From positions 1 to 64,000 of the IMG/VR virus record IMGVR_UViG_3300045988_178965: DNA of 64,000 bases; one strand, written 5' to 3'. The stretch comes from a virus. Shown one piece after another: positions 28,687 to 40,213 of the stretch; positions within the stretch are counted from its first letter, which is position 1; every line of letters begins with the position of its first letter. Position numbers and translations under genes: made by a program. Under the pieces are notes generated by a model, which was not told where the DNA came from, ran no database searches, and saw only the letters and a list, made by a program, of their open reading frames with translations.

Positions 28687-29821
28687 TGAAGTTACTAATC
28701 CAACATTAACAAAAAGACGCATCCTTCAGAAGATGGCAGAAGTTACAGGCGTTAATAATGATAGCCGGTCATCAATTATGGCCGGGATAGCAGAATCTAT
28801 CGGTGGAGTTATATCCGATTCTATCAAATATTCTAATGGACTTGTTAATAGTACATATACGGAATTGGCAGTTGGAGAAACTCTGACAAATAATGCGCTA
28901 GAGTTTGGTGTAGTTAGGGATATTTATTCTGATATTTATGTAGACGAACAGGATGCGGCAATTGCTCTTGAGCCCGAAAATGGGATTTCATTTCCGAAGT
29001 TCTCTGACGGAAAATTAGCAATCAAAGCGGGCAAACAATTCAAAATTGGATCATCTACTATAGAAGTCCTAAAGGATGTTTACATCTCAACTAGCGAAGT
29101 TTCTATCCCTGTAGCAGCAAGAGTTATTTCAAATTCGCAGTCCGATATTAAAACTAACACCTATATTGATATTTTTAGCAAGGACAATATTCATACAACT
29201 GGCGCGATTATCCGATTCAAAAAGCCTATCCATAATAGACTATATGAAGAGGATGACCTTCAGCTTAGAAATAGAGTCTTCTTAGCTAAAAATAAAACAC
29301 ATGGGTCTAGCAATGCGGCGCTGGCAGGAATCATATCTTCAATTCCTTTAATTAAATATTACAGCATAGAAGAGGATAAATCTTTAGGTGTAACAAGGGT
29401 TTATATTGCTACATCAAAAACGCTTTTGAATGAAGCAGAACAAAATTTTGAAGCAATTGTTTCAGCTATTCGTTCAAGGGCAGATTACAAGTTATCTGCA
29501 GAGCAAAGAATAGAAGTCCATGAGGCAGAAGTAATCAGAGTTTCACCTTTGTACACATACACAAATGTAACAGAGGACATGGCTATGGCTGCAATGTCAG
29601 ATGCATTTAATAGCGTTTATACTCCTTTCTCAAAAACTATTAATATTGACGAACTAAACAATAGGATTACAGAGTCGGGAATCGGAGTTAAAGTTGATAG
29701 ATTCATAACATCGCATAATAAGTTAGGTATTATAGGGTCACAATCTAGCGGAACCCTTGCCATTGATGGCCCATATATAGCCGTATTCTCAGATGCGGAA
29801 GCACAAGGGGCACCAGAGTGA
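28679..29821 (+). CDS. baseplate J-like protein
   Basis: 380 aa, follows the gp25-like gene. The N-terminal segment ELAVGETLTNNALEFGVVRD resembles the A.G..Ld..a...G..R motif of Baseplate_J proteins. Confidence 0.45.
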   Translation: MFSEVTNPTLTKRRILQKMAEVTGVNNDSRSSIMAGIAESIGGVISDSIKYSNGLVNSTYTELAVGETLTNNALEFGVVRDIYSDIYVDEQDAAIALEPENGISFPKFSDGKLAIKAGKQFKIGSSTIEVLKDVYISTSEVSIPVAARVISNSQSDIKTNTYIDIFSKDNIHTTGAIIRFKKPIHNRLYEEDDLQLRNRVFLAKNKTHGSSNAALAGIISSIPLIKYYSIEEDKSLGVTRVYIATSKTLLNEAEQNFEAIVSAIRSRADYKLSAEQRIEVHEAEVIRVSPLYTYTNVTEDMAMAAMSDAFNSVYTPFSKTINIDELNNRITESGIGVKVDRFITSHNKLGIIGSQSSGTLAIDGPYIAVFSDAEAQGAPE

Positions 29822-31245
29822 AGCAGAATTTATCGCTAAATCTTCTAACAAAATATTTCGCAAAATGGTCAACTCCATATCTATCACCATATTCAAATGT
29901 AGGTAGAGTATTATCTCCTATATCTGATATCATAAATTCAAATATCGAATACTCCTCTAATCTAATAAATACTAGATACAGACAATCAGGCCTAGATACA
30001 TATTCTAAGTTATATACCATCCCATCTTATGGAGAGTATAATAAGGTAGAAGCAGAATCTACAAGGATTATCAAAGAGGATGGGAGTGTCGAATATATCG
30101 GCACTTCTGTTCTTCAAAACGTAGGTCAGTATGGAGAAGAGTTCTTCGGACTCTATCCTGTTACCGGCGTAGAATTAAAAGAGGATAAATCCAATTGGCT
30201 TGAAGATTCTTTCTCTGTAAGTTTAGAACCTGGTGAAACTCATTTAAATTTAAGATTTGTATCGCCTAATAGAGCATATATAATCTCAAACGGCGGTATT
30301 GAAAGTATCCCAGTTATAATTAGCGGTTATACAAAAGACTACAAGTATATAGTAGAGCCGGTTCTAGTAACACATAAAGGCGTATTCGAGTCTTTTAATG
30401 AATTTTCAGAAATATGTTCAATTCAAACTCCTATAAAAATTGACGTTGCAAATTATATAGATTGTCAGCACGAGCATTCTGTAGTGACAAAAGAAACTAT
30501 TCCTAGCAGAGTTACGGATCTAGATGGCTCATTCTTAGATGCAGGTATTATCTTTGATGAAGAGACCGTATTTATAGTTGATAAGGCTAATGAATTGGCT
30601 TCGCCGATCGGGCAATACGATATGGAGATTCCTGCGAGATTTGGATTTGTATCTTCAATAATGGATGTATATACAGTAGATGAAGCGGGATGGTTGGGTG
30701 TAGCAAAACCGACATTTAATTTATCTTCAGATACAATATCTGACGGGTCTGCAAATAATAATGAGTATGTATACCTAGAAGATTATGAACATAGAGTTGG
30801 TTCTGTTATTAGAGCAAGAGTTAAGGCACATGAAATAGCATCTAAATCAAGCAGCAATAATATAAGAATATCAGTTAAGAATGGTGATACACTATATTAT
30901 GTAGATAGATTTGGCAATCTAATGGTAGATGACAATACATGGATTGATGCACGAATTACGGCTGATATTATTAATATCGCCATTATGTGTGACAATAAAG
31001 ATCCATATATCTTTAAAGTAGAAGATGAAGATGGAAATATTTATTCTACAATGATTGCCCAAATGGTATCTCAATATTTAGATATTATTGATGGATGCAC
31101 AGCTATGTACCTGTATAACAAGGAATTATATGTCGCAAGAAAAGGTTCGGTATATAAAGTTAGACCGTTAAGACATATTTATTCTAGGTATAATAACTCA
31201 AGGATTGCATTAGATTCAGATTATAAAAGGATAAAGGTATCATGA
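29818..31245 (+). CDS. hypothetical baseplate/tail protein
   Basis: 475-aa ORF with a GTG start in a GTGA overlap with the J-like gene. Position equivalent to P2 gpI. Confidence 0.45.
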   Translation: MKQNLSLNLLTKYFAKWSTPYLSPYSNVGRVLSPISDIINSNIEYSSNLINTRYRQSGLDTYSKLYTIPSYGEYNKVEAESTRIIKEDGSVEYIGTSVLQNVGQYGEEFFGLYPVTGVELKEDKSNWLEDSFSVSLEPGETHLNLRFVSPNRAYIISNGGIESIPVIISGYTKDYKYIVEPVLVTHKGVFESFNEFSEICSIQTPIKIDVANYIDCQHEHSVVTKETIPSRVTDLDGSFLDAGIIFDEETVFIVDKANELASPIGQYDMEIPARFGFVSSIMDVYTVDEAGWLGVAKPTFNLSSDTISDGSANNNEYVYLEDYEHRVGSVIRARVKAHEIASKSSSNNIRISVKNGDTLYYVDRFGNLMVDDNTWIDARITADIINIAIMCDNKDPYIFKVEDEDGNIYSTMIAQMVSQYLDIIDGCTAMYLYNKELYVARKGSVYKVRPLRHIYSRYNNSRIALDSDYKRIKVS

Positions 31246-31871
31246 TTAAAGTTGAAGAAATCGACATCGACCCATTTAGAAGGTTAGAACTGTCGCCATC
31301 TTATATCAATACAATTGGTGAAACCTATCCGGCTATTGCAATATACAATACTGACAAGGTGATATCTGTATACGATGGGATTATAAAAGTGGATGGTGAA
31401 TCCATAGACCTAAAAGACCTAACCGTTGCAAAACTTTTTAAGATATTGAAAGATAAAGGCATATCGGCAAAAGTTTTCAAAGGAATGGAAAAAGTCCCTG
31501 CAATATCAATTATGAATTATTCAAATGTAGATCTAGTTGTAACAGAGGCCAAGCGTTCCCCTATATACATCGCTTCACTGGTATCAGAATATATCGCCAA
31601 AGGGCTTATTGGTAGCTACAATGAAAACGTTGAGATACGTATTTTGAGCGACAATACCATTTCTGGTAATAGAAAATATTTTTCAGAAAGCTCAGATATG
31701 CCAGTTGAAATAGAGAGCATTCATAGGGCAAAGACATTCGTCCTATTGTCTGCAGAAGCTAATGTTATTAGGGATATAAAAAGAATTAAAGATATACAGC
31801 AGGTTAATGATGCAATAGTTGATTTTAACCTAAAGACATATGGAAAAGATAATGCCTACATTAACCTATGA
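31242..31871 (+). CDS. hypothetical tail protein
   Basis: 209-aa ORF with an ATGA overlap upstream. Confidence 0.45.
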   Translation: MIKVEEIDIDPFRRLELSPSYINTIGETYPAIAIYNTDKVISVYDGIIKVDGESIDLKDLTVAKLFKILKDKGISAKVFKGMEKVPAISIMNYSNVDLVVTEAKRSPIYIASLVSEYIAKGLIGSYNENVEIRILSDNTISGNRKYFSESSDMPVEIESIHRAKTFVLLSAEANVIRDIKRIKDIQQVNDAIVDFNLKTYGKDNAYINL

Positions 31872-33303
31872 TATAAAAGTTGGATCTAGGGCTGGTATAT
31901 CAGAAGAGTATAAAAATCCTGCACTAAGACTTTCAGAAATAGACGACAACAGGAGTGTTATACTAGAAACATACACGTCTGTTGGATCTGTTTCCAAGTT
32001 CGGGTGGGAGTCTGAGTTAATATTATTTGACGAATTTGGAAAGATGAGCTCTGGATCGATGTCATTTTTAAAAGACAATAGTTCAGTTTCAGCTACGAAT
32101 GGGTATGGATTTATTCCAACTAGTAATAAAATAAGACTAAAGTCGTATGTACCAGTTTCTGCATCTATCTATAAAAGAGGCCCCTCATCTGACTCTGTTT
32201 ATATAAAATATGGCAACAGTAAAGACCATAAATACTATGTCACAACAACAAGGGTTGGAGAGTTGGACCACATAGAGGAAGACTCCCATAATCATGGTAT
32301 AAACCTAGAAGAGGCCGGTGAACTTGCAATTGAAATCTCTCATATTACAATTGACGGAGAGAAAACAAAAATTTCATCGGATAAGGTTATAAAACTGGAT
32401 TACTACCCTGTTGCCAATGTAAGTATCGATGGCTCTACCGATTACATTGTCAATGAGTATTCTGGGATCGTTATAAATAAATCCGGAGCAGAGTTAACCA
32501 TTAGGTATAGTTTAGCGCCACTGGTAATTGTTCATAACGGACCAGCCGTATATACAGACGCAATAGATCCTTCGATTGTTTTAAACTTATTAGAGATAAA
32601 TAACAAGTCGGAAGACAATATCGTCTCTAGCGGCAATACAATAACCTCTAAAGTAAACTTCTTTTTAGAAGCATCAGGGACTATCGATATCAATGGTGTT
32701 GTATATTATCCTGGCAAAAGGCATATCCTTTCTCCTGGTCAGTATACTTTAAATCCTGCAAGTTCAGAGTGGACAAGAGAGGCTCTATCAAAAATAGGCG
32801 AATCTGATATAACTGTCATCAATGATATTAAGTCGAAGCTATTAAGCAGATATAAAGCAGGCGGCGCAAATCCAATATCATATAATAGCGTAGCAAATGG
32901 CGATGTGTATAAAGCAAAAGATAATCCACAGTCTGGTATTTATTCGCTTGAAGTAGTGGTAGATGATAAAGATAGAAGAATTATTCTTCCTTATTTGACA
33001 GATAAGAATTCGATATCTATTGTTAGGATCGGTCATAGAAATTCAAGAACAGAAGTTGCAGACTATGATAAAGATGATGCAGGCACAATAAAGCTCAATT
33101 CAAGTGGAAGATATATTATTAAATATACTCCAATAAAGGAAGATGAATGGGTAGAGTCAAATTCTAATATACTCAATTCAATAGTAGCTGCATTAGGAAC
33201 GCCGCAAAGAGAAGTAGAAATATATTACGGAACCGAAGAAAACGGCTCCATCGAGTATTTGAATATAGCTAACCCTATCACTATAGGTAATAACAATGGA
33301 TAA
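31840..33303 (+). CDS. hypothetical tail protein
   Basis: 487-aa ORF. The ATG at 31852, preceded by GGAAAAG, is an equally plausible start. Confidence 0.5.
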   Translation: MEKIMPTLTYDIKVGSRAGISEEYKNPALRLSEIDDNRSVILETYTSVGSVSKFGWESELILFDEFGKMSSGSMSFLKDNSSVSATNGYGFIPTSNKIRLKSYVPVSASIYKRGPSSDSVYIKYGNSKDHKYYVTTTRVGELDHIEEDSHNHGINLEEAGELAIEISHITIDGEKTKISSDKVIKLDYYPVANVSIDGSTDYIVNEYSGIVINKSGAELTIRYSLAPLVIVHNGPAVYTDAIDPSIVLNLLEINNKSEDNIVSSGNTITSKVNFFLEASGTIDINGVVYYPGKRHILSPGQYTLNPASSEWTREALSKIGESDITVINDIKSKLLSRYKAGGANPISYNSVANGDVYKAKDNPQSGIYSLEVVVDDKDRRIILPYLTDKNSISIVRIGHRNSRTEVADYDKDDAGTIKLNSSGRYIIKYTPIKEDEWVESNSNILNSIVAALGTPQREVEIYYGTEENGSIEYLNIANPITIGNNNG

Positions 33304-36300
33304 ATTAACTCTGCTTTCAGGAAGCACAATAACCCAGCAAGGAACAATTGATGCTATAAACAGGCTTGCAGAAGCAAGTAATAGCATTAATAGCGATATC
33401 GGCGACGTAAATAATTTTACTGGGAAGTCAGACTCTCTTAATAGTACACTTGCTGGTACACTTGGCAATGGTGAACTATTAGCGCCACAAATTCCTTTCG
33501 GCGAAACCATTACAGACTTTACTGAAATCTTTAGCGGATCGTCTTCTCAAGATTTCGTATTGACACTTATACCTTTGACAGATGTAACAATTACTGCTCA
33601 ATCCGGCAAGTCATACGAAAAAGTCGATAAGACTACAATGACTAATGACTCCCATTATTCTATTAATGGTCGAAGACTAAACTTTTATAAGAATCCAGAG
33701 GGCCAATTCTCTGTAACCTATAAAGGAAGATTTCCAAGTGTTCCTGGATATGAAAAATATGTAACCAATACATATCCAAATATAGCAAGTGTAACTAATG
33801 GTAAACAGCCAAGATCAGAAGTTCAAAAGCTAGATAATACAACATATTCTGTAACAATTAAACCTACCACAAAGGTTGGCGATATTAATATCCCCAATGG
33901 TCTACAACCATCATTACCAGAAAAGGTTAGACCATATGTTGATCCAAATGGAACCAAAGAAGCTAATCCGTCTGACGTATCAGTATGGGTTAAGTCAGAT
34001 GAACGTTACCAAAGGGTATCAGATGCAGTTGTATATCTATTAAGCGACTCTACATTTAAATTTAAGACACAGATGTCTCTCCCCGAAAATCCTGAAATCG
34101 TTTTATACGTAAATGGATGGACGGTCGGGGATGGTGTAGGGCTTCTATACAAACTGTTTACTTCTCATGCCCATAACGGCGAAGACCCATCTGCTCTGTT
34201 AAGCCACTCAAAATTGGTGGATTTAATTTCTGATAGGTATGTTAGTGGACAGCCTGGATTTGGCGTCTCTAAACATAAGGGTGATGACCACCCTCATTAT
34301 TTCCATAGAGATGGTTATACGCCAGACAATCCTGGTAACTTTAATAACGCAATCCTCGGCGACGTTCTTATAGGTTCTACAAACCCTGGAGACCTCTATA
34401 ATAATACGTTGGATAATTCAAATAAACTGTTCTTCGGTTCCGTCTCTACCGGTACATCATTGATGTATGATAAAGACTTCCAAGGTATAAAATTATTTGG
34501 TGCAAATTCTGGCCTTAAAATCAATACCCATGGTCTGCCAAGTGAAGAGAAAAACCTATATGCTACTGCCATTGAATTTGATGGAAATAAGATTTACTCT
34601 ACAGGTGATAAGGGTGATGCTAAGAACGTTCTTAATATTAAGGCAAAAGACGGCTTAGTTAAAATCTCTAAAACAGATGAAGAGTTGGCATCAGTAGAGG
34701 CTAAAGATATCTCTGTTCAAGACGCATCTGTATCTGGTACTCTCGCAACTAAGGGTACAGGTGGTATCAAGGTTTCTAAGGTTGATTTCCGCAGTAATGA
34801 TGGCAATAAGGTTGAAGTATCGTCAGATGATGCTGAAGCGTCAGTTGAATTTAAGCTTCCTGTCACCTTTGACAAAATGTCCGCAAAATCTTTTAATCCT
34901 ACGTCTATAGATATAAGCGGAGATGGTTCAATTAAGTTTGGCGGCGAAGATTCTAACTCTATTAAGAGCGTAGGCGGCTCGGCAACAATCGCAGGTAAGA
35001 AACCACTTACTATTGAAGAGTCTGGTAAAAATACCGGTATCCGCTACCAACGCCAAGAAGGTCTACCATTTGCAAATGTTTATGTATCAGCAGAAAACGG
35101 TGGTCAAGCTACACAAACAGACCATGATACATACTTCGAAACTGGCAATGGTGATTTATATTTCCTAAAAGATACCACAAAGGTTAACAGCGTCCTTGGA
35201 ACCAAATATGGCTTCGGGGAACTTGCAAAAGATGGCGCAACAAGGTTAGATAATCTTACATTAATGCCAAGAGCAAATACCTTCGCTGGCACAGGTGATT
35301 TCTACAATATCAAAGTTAAAGAATCATCTTTGCGCGATAGGCAAGGTATCCACGTAGGCCCAGATGCAAATATATATGCAACAGGTGCAGATGCAGACTG
35401 TCCTCCTGGATGGCTCGTTGTAGAATCTAGGAACGGTGTAGTATTCGCCGAAACTAGAGCCGGCGAGATGAACTGTTCTAACCTGTCATATTCAGAGGTT
35501 ACAACAGGTCCATTAAAAATATTTGGCTCAGCATCTATTGATAAGAATATCGGCCTGAACGGCAATATAGATGCCGCTGGTTATATTAGCGCAGAGAGCG
35601 GAGAATTCAGAACTAAGATTTCCACAAAAGAAATTGACGTTTCAGGAAACTCAAGATTCACTGGTAAGGTTGACTTCACAGAAGATGTTGAAATTACATC
35701 TGGACTTTCTGTTGGTGGATCAATCTCAACTAAGAATAGACTTGCTGCGAATGAATTGGCAATTCAATCTAGTTCAATATTCTCAGGTCCTGCAACATTC
35801 TCAAAACAGATCAATATTGAAGGCGATATATATTCTAGAGCCGGATTTAGTGGATCTGGAACTATATCTACAACAGGTGCTATTAATGGCGACTCGGCAA
35901 AATTTAATGCAGCCACCATTGGACAGTTATCAGTAGTAAACAAACTTGATGCTAGAGCAGGTATCTCTGGTGTTGGCGATTTCGTTACAAATGGCAACTT
36001 AACTGCTGATGGCGACGTAACAGCCACAAATGCTAGATATACCGGAACTGCAACTGCATTGATGCTAAGCATAGAGAAAGATACATCTATACAAGGTGAT
36101 ATGTATGTTGGAGGCAAGGTACAGCTAAATGGTGATACCTATATAGGTTCAGATGAAAATGATAAGTTAAATGTCTTGTCTAATGCAACGTTTAACAATA
36201 ATAGAAACATCTTCCTTGGCGATGTAGAAATGTCAGCGCCGGTTTCTATTAAATCTGAATTGGATGTAATAGGTCAATCCAGCTTCCAGTCTGCAATTAA

Positions 36301-37348
36301 AGCAAAAGCAGGTCTAGATATAGATGGCCCAATTAATTCCAAGTCTAGCGCAGAGTTCTCAGCCTTAGATATTAAAGAGAATATTAGTTCAGCTGGTAAT
36401 ATATATGCCAAGGGTGATATTGTTTCTGATGGACAATTAAGAGCCGACAAAGGGGCAACCCTCTTAGGAAATTCTAATATTGGACAGCAGGGCGACAGTA
36501 TTACTATTGCCGGTGATGTAATATTCGGAAACGAAAAAACTACATTCTCTGGTGAAGTATTGATGACCGATAAGGTTACAATATCCGGAGAGACTACTCT
36601 TAACTCAAAAGTGAACGTTGAAGGTTCAATTAAGGCTAAGGGTAATCTTGATGTAGAAGGTATTGCCAATGTTAAAACAATACGCGCAGAAGCTCAATCA
36701 GAGTTTAAGGGCGGTATTATTATTGACAAGCAGGCGGATCTGAATAGTGTCTATATTAGAGACAAGGCAATTGTCGAAAAAGACTTAATCGTTTCTGGAG
36801 GGCTAAGTCTTCAGGGCGATATTACATCGATCCCATCATCAACTGCAACACTTGGACAAGTAAACGTTTCCAGAGGTGTTACACAGATAGGGGCTGCAGA
36901 GGTTAACAGCTTTGCGGGCGAAACCAGATTTAACTCCACAGTTAGCGTATCTGGCAAGATGAACGTATCTGGTGCTATAATGACAGGTAGTGAAAGATCT
37001 GGCGTTATCATTGAAAACAACACTATTCTTATGAATGGTGAAGCTTCATTGATTAAAGCAGACTCGATGTCTGTTAATAGCATAAGAGGCGACTCTACAA
37101 AAACAGTCCCAATAACCTCTTCTAATGCTGCAATGTCTAGAGAGGCAAACAACCTAAGTCGTAAGAAATTTACGACAATCAATAATGCATACATCGAAGA
37201 CTCTATGGTTGCAAACGGTAACTTGTTCTGTCTTGGTACATTGTTTGTAAGCGGTATAGAAGTAGTTGAAAATGATAAATCGAAAAACGAGCTGAATAAT
37301 AAGTCTGTTTTAAATATTATTGCAAGAAGGGCAAAATACGCTCCATGA
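33296..37348 (+). CDS. large tail fibre protein (1350 aa) with a long periodic beta-structure repeat region
   Basis: The C-terminal ~750 aa are a quasi-periodic series of short G/S/T/N-rich units (..ISTKNRLAANELAIQSSSIFSGPATFSKQINIEGDIYSRAGFSGSGTISTTGAING..), typical of trimeric fibre shafts. His-rich motifs SHAHNGED and GDDHPHYFH. Long antisense and alternate-frame ORFs in this region are by-products of the repeat composition. Confidence 0.6.
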   Translation: MDKLTLLSGSTITQQGTIDAINRLAEASNSINSDIGDVNNFTGKSDSLNSTLAGTLGNGELLAPQIPFGETITDFTEIFSGSSSQDFVLTLIPLTDVTITAQSGKSYEKVDKTTMTNDSHYSINGRRLNFYKNPEGQFSVTYKGRFPSVPGYEKYVTNTYPNIASVTNGKQPRSEVQKLDNTTYSVTIKPTTKVGDINIPNGLQPSLPEKVRPYVDPNGTKEANPSDVSVWVKSDERYQRVSDAVVYLLSDSTFKFKTQMSLPENPEIVLYVNGWTVGDGVGLLYKLFTSHAHNGEDPSALLSHSKLVDLISDRYVSGQPGFGVSKHKGDDHPHYFHRDGYTPDNPGNFNNAILGDVLIGSTNPGDLYNNTLDNSNKLFFGSVSTGTSLMYDKDFQGIKLFGANSGLKINTHGLPSEEKNLYATAIEFDGNKIYSTGDKGDAKNVLNIKAKDGLVKISKTDEELASVEAKDISVQDASVSGTLATKGTGGIKVSKVDFRSNDGNKVEVSSDDAEASVEFKLPVTFDKMSAKSFNPTSIDISGDGSIKFGGEDSNSIKSVGGSATIAGKKPLTIEESGKNTGIRYQRQEGLPFANVYVSAENGGQATQTDHDTYFETGNGDLYFLKDTTKVNSVLGTKYGFGELAKDGATRLDNLTLMPRANTFAGTGDFYNIKVKESSLRDRQGIHVGPDANIYATGADADCPPGWLVVESRNGVVFAETRAGEMNCSNLSYSEVTTGPLKIFGSASIDKNIGLNGNIDAAGYISAESGEFRTKISTKEIDVSGNSRFTGKVDFTEDVEITSGLSVGGSISTKNRLAANELAIQSSSIFSGPATFSKQINIEGDIYSRAGFSGSGTISTTGAINGDSAKFNAATIGQLSVVNKLDARAGISGVGDFVTNGNLTADGDVTATNARYTGTATALMLSIEKDTSIQGDMYVGGKVQLNGDTYIGSDENDKLNVLSNATFNNNRNIFLGDVEMSAPVSIKSELDVIGQSSFQSAIKAKAGLDIDGPINSKSSAEFSALDIKENISSAGNIYAKGDIVSDGQLRADKGATLLGNSNIGQQGDSITIAGDVIFGNEKTTFSGEVLMTDKVTISGETTLNSKVNVEGSIKAKGNLDVEGIANVKTIRAEAQSEFKGGIIIDKQADLNSVYIRDKAIVEKDLIVSGGLSLQGDITSIPSSTATLGQVNVSRGVTQIGAAEVNSFAGETRFNSTVSVSGKMNVSGAIMTGSERSGVIIENNTILMNGEASLIKADSMSVNSIRGDSTKTVPITSSNAAMSREANNLSRKKFTTINNAYIEDSMVANGNLFCLGTLFVSGIEVVENDKSKNELNNKSVLNIIARRAKYAP

Positions 37349-39036
37349 CAACAATAACCTACAATATTTCAATTGTAGGGAAAAAGCATTCAGCAGAATT
37401 TCAACAAGCCACAGACAGCAGAAATGCTGTCGTGGCTATTGATACATCTCCTTTGAATGGATCCCTAATTGAAATTGAACACAAAAGCCAAGGAGACAAA
37501 CTCAGATTTGTCAGACTTGAATCAAAATCTATATCCGGAGTTACCATTAGGTCTAGCAGCCCTGATATATTAATTACGGATATATCTCACAATGGATTTC
37601 CGCTTTGGTATAAATATCAGCTTAGAGGGGATCCAATTGTCACAGCAGAACATTGGACAAAAGACGATAAGTGGATATATAGCGATTCACCATATCTTAA
37701 TGTTAAATATGGTAGTATTGAGTTGCGCGAAATCGGAATTCCCGTATTTGTAAAAGAGTCCAATCATTTCCTAAATGCCATTAAGACAATCGACAATAGA
37801 ACATATTCTGTATCCCAAGATGCATCTGGAGAATATATTATTAGATGTAAAAAACAGAATATTTCATTCTCTAGTATATCTGGTGAAATTGCAACAATTT
37901 CTGAATATACAAATCCAAATAGCCCGATAGTAGGCATCTTTGCAAACGAATATTCTAGTGATAGGATTGCCGTAATTAATGAGCTAAAGACGAAGTATAG
38001 ATTTCAGTCTCCAGAGTTCATAGCATCAGTAATTAAAACAAATAAAATAACAGTTCCTGTAAATTCGGGTGTAGCAAAATTACCGCATAGGTATATCAAT
38101 TCTGTTAAATCTCATGCAGATAAGGACGTAGTATATAATCAAGGATTCGTACTTGTTAACCAATCATTGAAATCAATTGAGGTTGAATATGAATATATTG
38201 AGCCTGTAAACAACTATGCATCTATACCATTAAACATTATTAGAAATGCGTCTGTAGTTAAGGTCTATGCAACACCATATTCTATTACAAAGGGTGATGC
38301 AGAGGATTTTTTGAATACAGAACTTTTATTCTCTGCATTTGATAAATTTGGGGTCTGCATTTATTCAACAATGACTGGCATAGACTATTCTGCGCCGTCG
38401 GCTATTGTTATTACACCTAATTCCGTAAACGGGGTTGAATATAAAATAGGCAGTAATAATGCAAAATCAGAGACACCGCGATCATTATTCCACACTTCAC
38501 CAGAATCAGAAAAAGATACGGTATTGGAAATAGCAGAAATACGAATTAAGAAAATGAATTTAGACTATGCCATTTCCGGAAGAAGAGCTATGCCGGCGAA
38601 AGGTAGTATAGGCCTAAGGGATTTAAGGATTCCAAAGCTATCTTTCTCAAGAATAGTTTTATCTGAATATACTCCACAGTCCGTAAACTCTAACGTAACA
38701 GTAATAGACGCAAATTTATCAGCTGGATATCCAATTATTATTGGTGAAACAGAAACCGATATACTTGCAGAGATAGAAAATATAGAAGAAGAAACAGATG
38801 TTGATTTTGTCGATGATGATGATGGCCGTTTCCATAGACGGAATTCTCCTGTATTCCTTGGCGAGAATTCTAAACTATGTTTAGTTAATACATATAATAC
38901 ACATAGAGAGATTTTAGTAGAGCTTGCATCGAAAAAGCTTGATGGTAAAACATATATTAAAGCTAAAAAATCAGATTATCCTATAGGAAGAATTACAGCC
39001 GAATATATACATTTATCTAATATTCCAAAAGGTTGA
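37345..39036 (+). CDS. hypothetical tail/baseplate protein
   Basis: 563-aa ORF with an ATGA overlap upstream. Acidic tract EEETDVDFVDDDDG. Confidence 0.5.
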   Translation: MTTITYNISIVGKKHSAEFQQATDSRNAVVAIDTSPLNGSLIEIEHKSQGDKLRFVRLESKSISGVTIRSSSPDILITDISHNGFPLWYKYQLRGDPIVTAEHWTKDDKWIYSDSPYLNVKYGSIELREIGIPVFVKESNHFLNAIKTIDNRTYSVSQDASGEYIIRCKKQNISFSSISGEIATISEYTNPNSPIVGIFANEYSSDRIAVINELKTKYRFQSPEFIASVIKTNKITVPVNSGVAKLPHRYINSVKSHADKDVVYNQGFVLVNQSLKSIEVEYEYIEPVNNYASIPLNIIRNASVVKVYATPYSITKGDAEDFLNTELLFSAFDKFGVCIYSTMTGIDYSAPSAIVITPNSVNGVEYKIGSNNAKSETPRSLFHTSPESEKDTVLEIAEIRIKKMNLDYAISGRRAMPAKGSIGLRDLRIPKLSFSRIVLSEYTPQSVNSNVTVIDANLSAGYPIIIGETETDILAEIENIEEETDVDFVDDDDGRFHRRNSPVFLGENSKLCLVNTYNTHREILVELASKKLDGKTYIKAKKSDYPIGRITAEYIHLSNIPKG

Positions 39037-39428
39037 GTATGAAAGAGTTTATTCAGAATCATCAGTTTAACTATGTTAACGATGAACTTCAGGTCAAAGG
39101 AATAAAAGACCTAGATACTATAGGCATTTCTTATGTAACAAAAGAAATTTCAAGATTTGGAGAAACTGCTACATCTTCATCTGACTTTATAGTAGAATCA
39201 ATGGATAGAATTGAGTCTGATTTGGAGAAATGGCATAATGGTTATATAGAAAAACTCGGTATTATTAAAAGCGGGTCAGACTTTATACAGGGCAGTAACC
39301 TTTCGTCAGAAGACGCTGGCCATTATGCAATTATGGAAATTGACACCTCAGCAAGAGGAAGTATGATCTACTCTACTACTGATGAGGCATATATTATGCC
39401 ACCATATAATGAAAGGCATTTTTCATGA
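39033..39428 (+). CDS. hypothetical protein
   Basis: 131-aa ORF, overlap-coupled on both sides. Confidence 0.45.
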   Translation: MSMKEFIQNHQFNYVNDELQVKGIKDLDTIGISYVTKEISRFGETATSSSDFIVESMDRIESDLEKWHNGYIEKLGIIKSGSDFIQGSNLSSEDAGHYAIMEIDTSARGSMIYSTTDEAYIMPPYNERHFS

Positions 39429-40213
39429 AAGAATTAAGAGAGACTTTGCGGCCGGGCGTATCATTCTTTAATAGAATTATAATTCGCCCTAACGTAAGAG
39501 ATGTAGTTATATCCTCAATTACAGCAATTGATTCTATGGGAAATACAAGTCCAGTGGTGTCATTTCCTATAGCAGTAGATGAGCCTCTTGTAATCAAGAA
39601 TAAACACAAAAATTCAATGGCAATTGAAATCTCTATTATTCATGAACATATCGAGGACGGAGACTCTTTATCTAAGTTTATCGATATTGATGCCAACCGA
39701 ATCTCGTCAAATGATGTCGCATCTCTAAGAACCAAAAGGGCAGAGATTCTTAACTCTGGGTCATTGAATGTTGTAATCAAGGGTGAGGATTTAGAAACTG
39801 CAATTATATCCGGTAATATCAACGTGACTGGATATTCTCGATCTGGCATAGAGTTAATGGACGAGAAAATTACCCTTGGTTTAGGTAAGACAAGAGAGGT
39901 AGTCTTAGGCAATGAGAAGTTCAAATATAAGATATCGAATGCCTATAAATATAGGGACGGCATGGTGAGTAAGGATGAGGTTGTAATAAAAGATGGCCTT
40001 ATTGAAGATAGAGATGAATCTTGCTTTTATATTGCATCGCCAGATTATAGCAATGGACTATACAAAAATGAAAATATATCCATTGATGAAAATAACTCAA
40101 TTAGAATATTAAATAATGGTGTTTATAGGATAGCTTGTTACTTAGATGCTATTGTGATCGATCCTGACAAGTCAGAACCTAACATTAAGTATGTCGGAAT
40201 AATATCGAAATGA
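39425..40213 (+). CDS. hypothetical protein
   Basis: 262-aa ORF, overlap-coupled on both sides. Confidence 0.45.
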   Translation: MKELRETLRPGVSFFNRIIIRPNVRDVVISSITAIDSMGNTSPVVSFPIAVDEPLVIKNKHKNSMAIEISIIHEHIEDGDSLSKFIDIDANRISSNDVASLRTKRAEILNSGSLNVVIKGEDLETAIISGNINVTGYSRSGIELMDEKITLGLGKTREVVLGNEKFKYKISNAYKYRDGMVSKDEVVIKDGLIEDRDESCFYIASPDYSNGLYKNENISIDENNSIRILNNGVYRIACYLDAIVIDPDKSEPNIKYVGIISK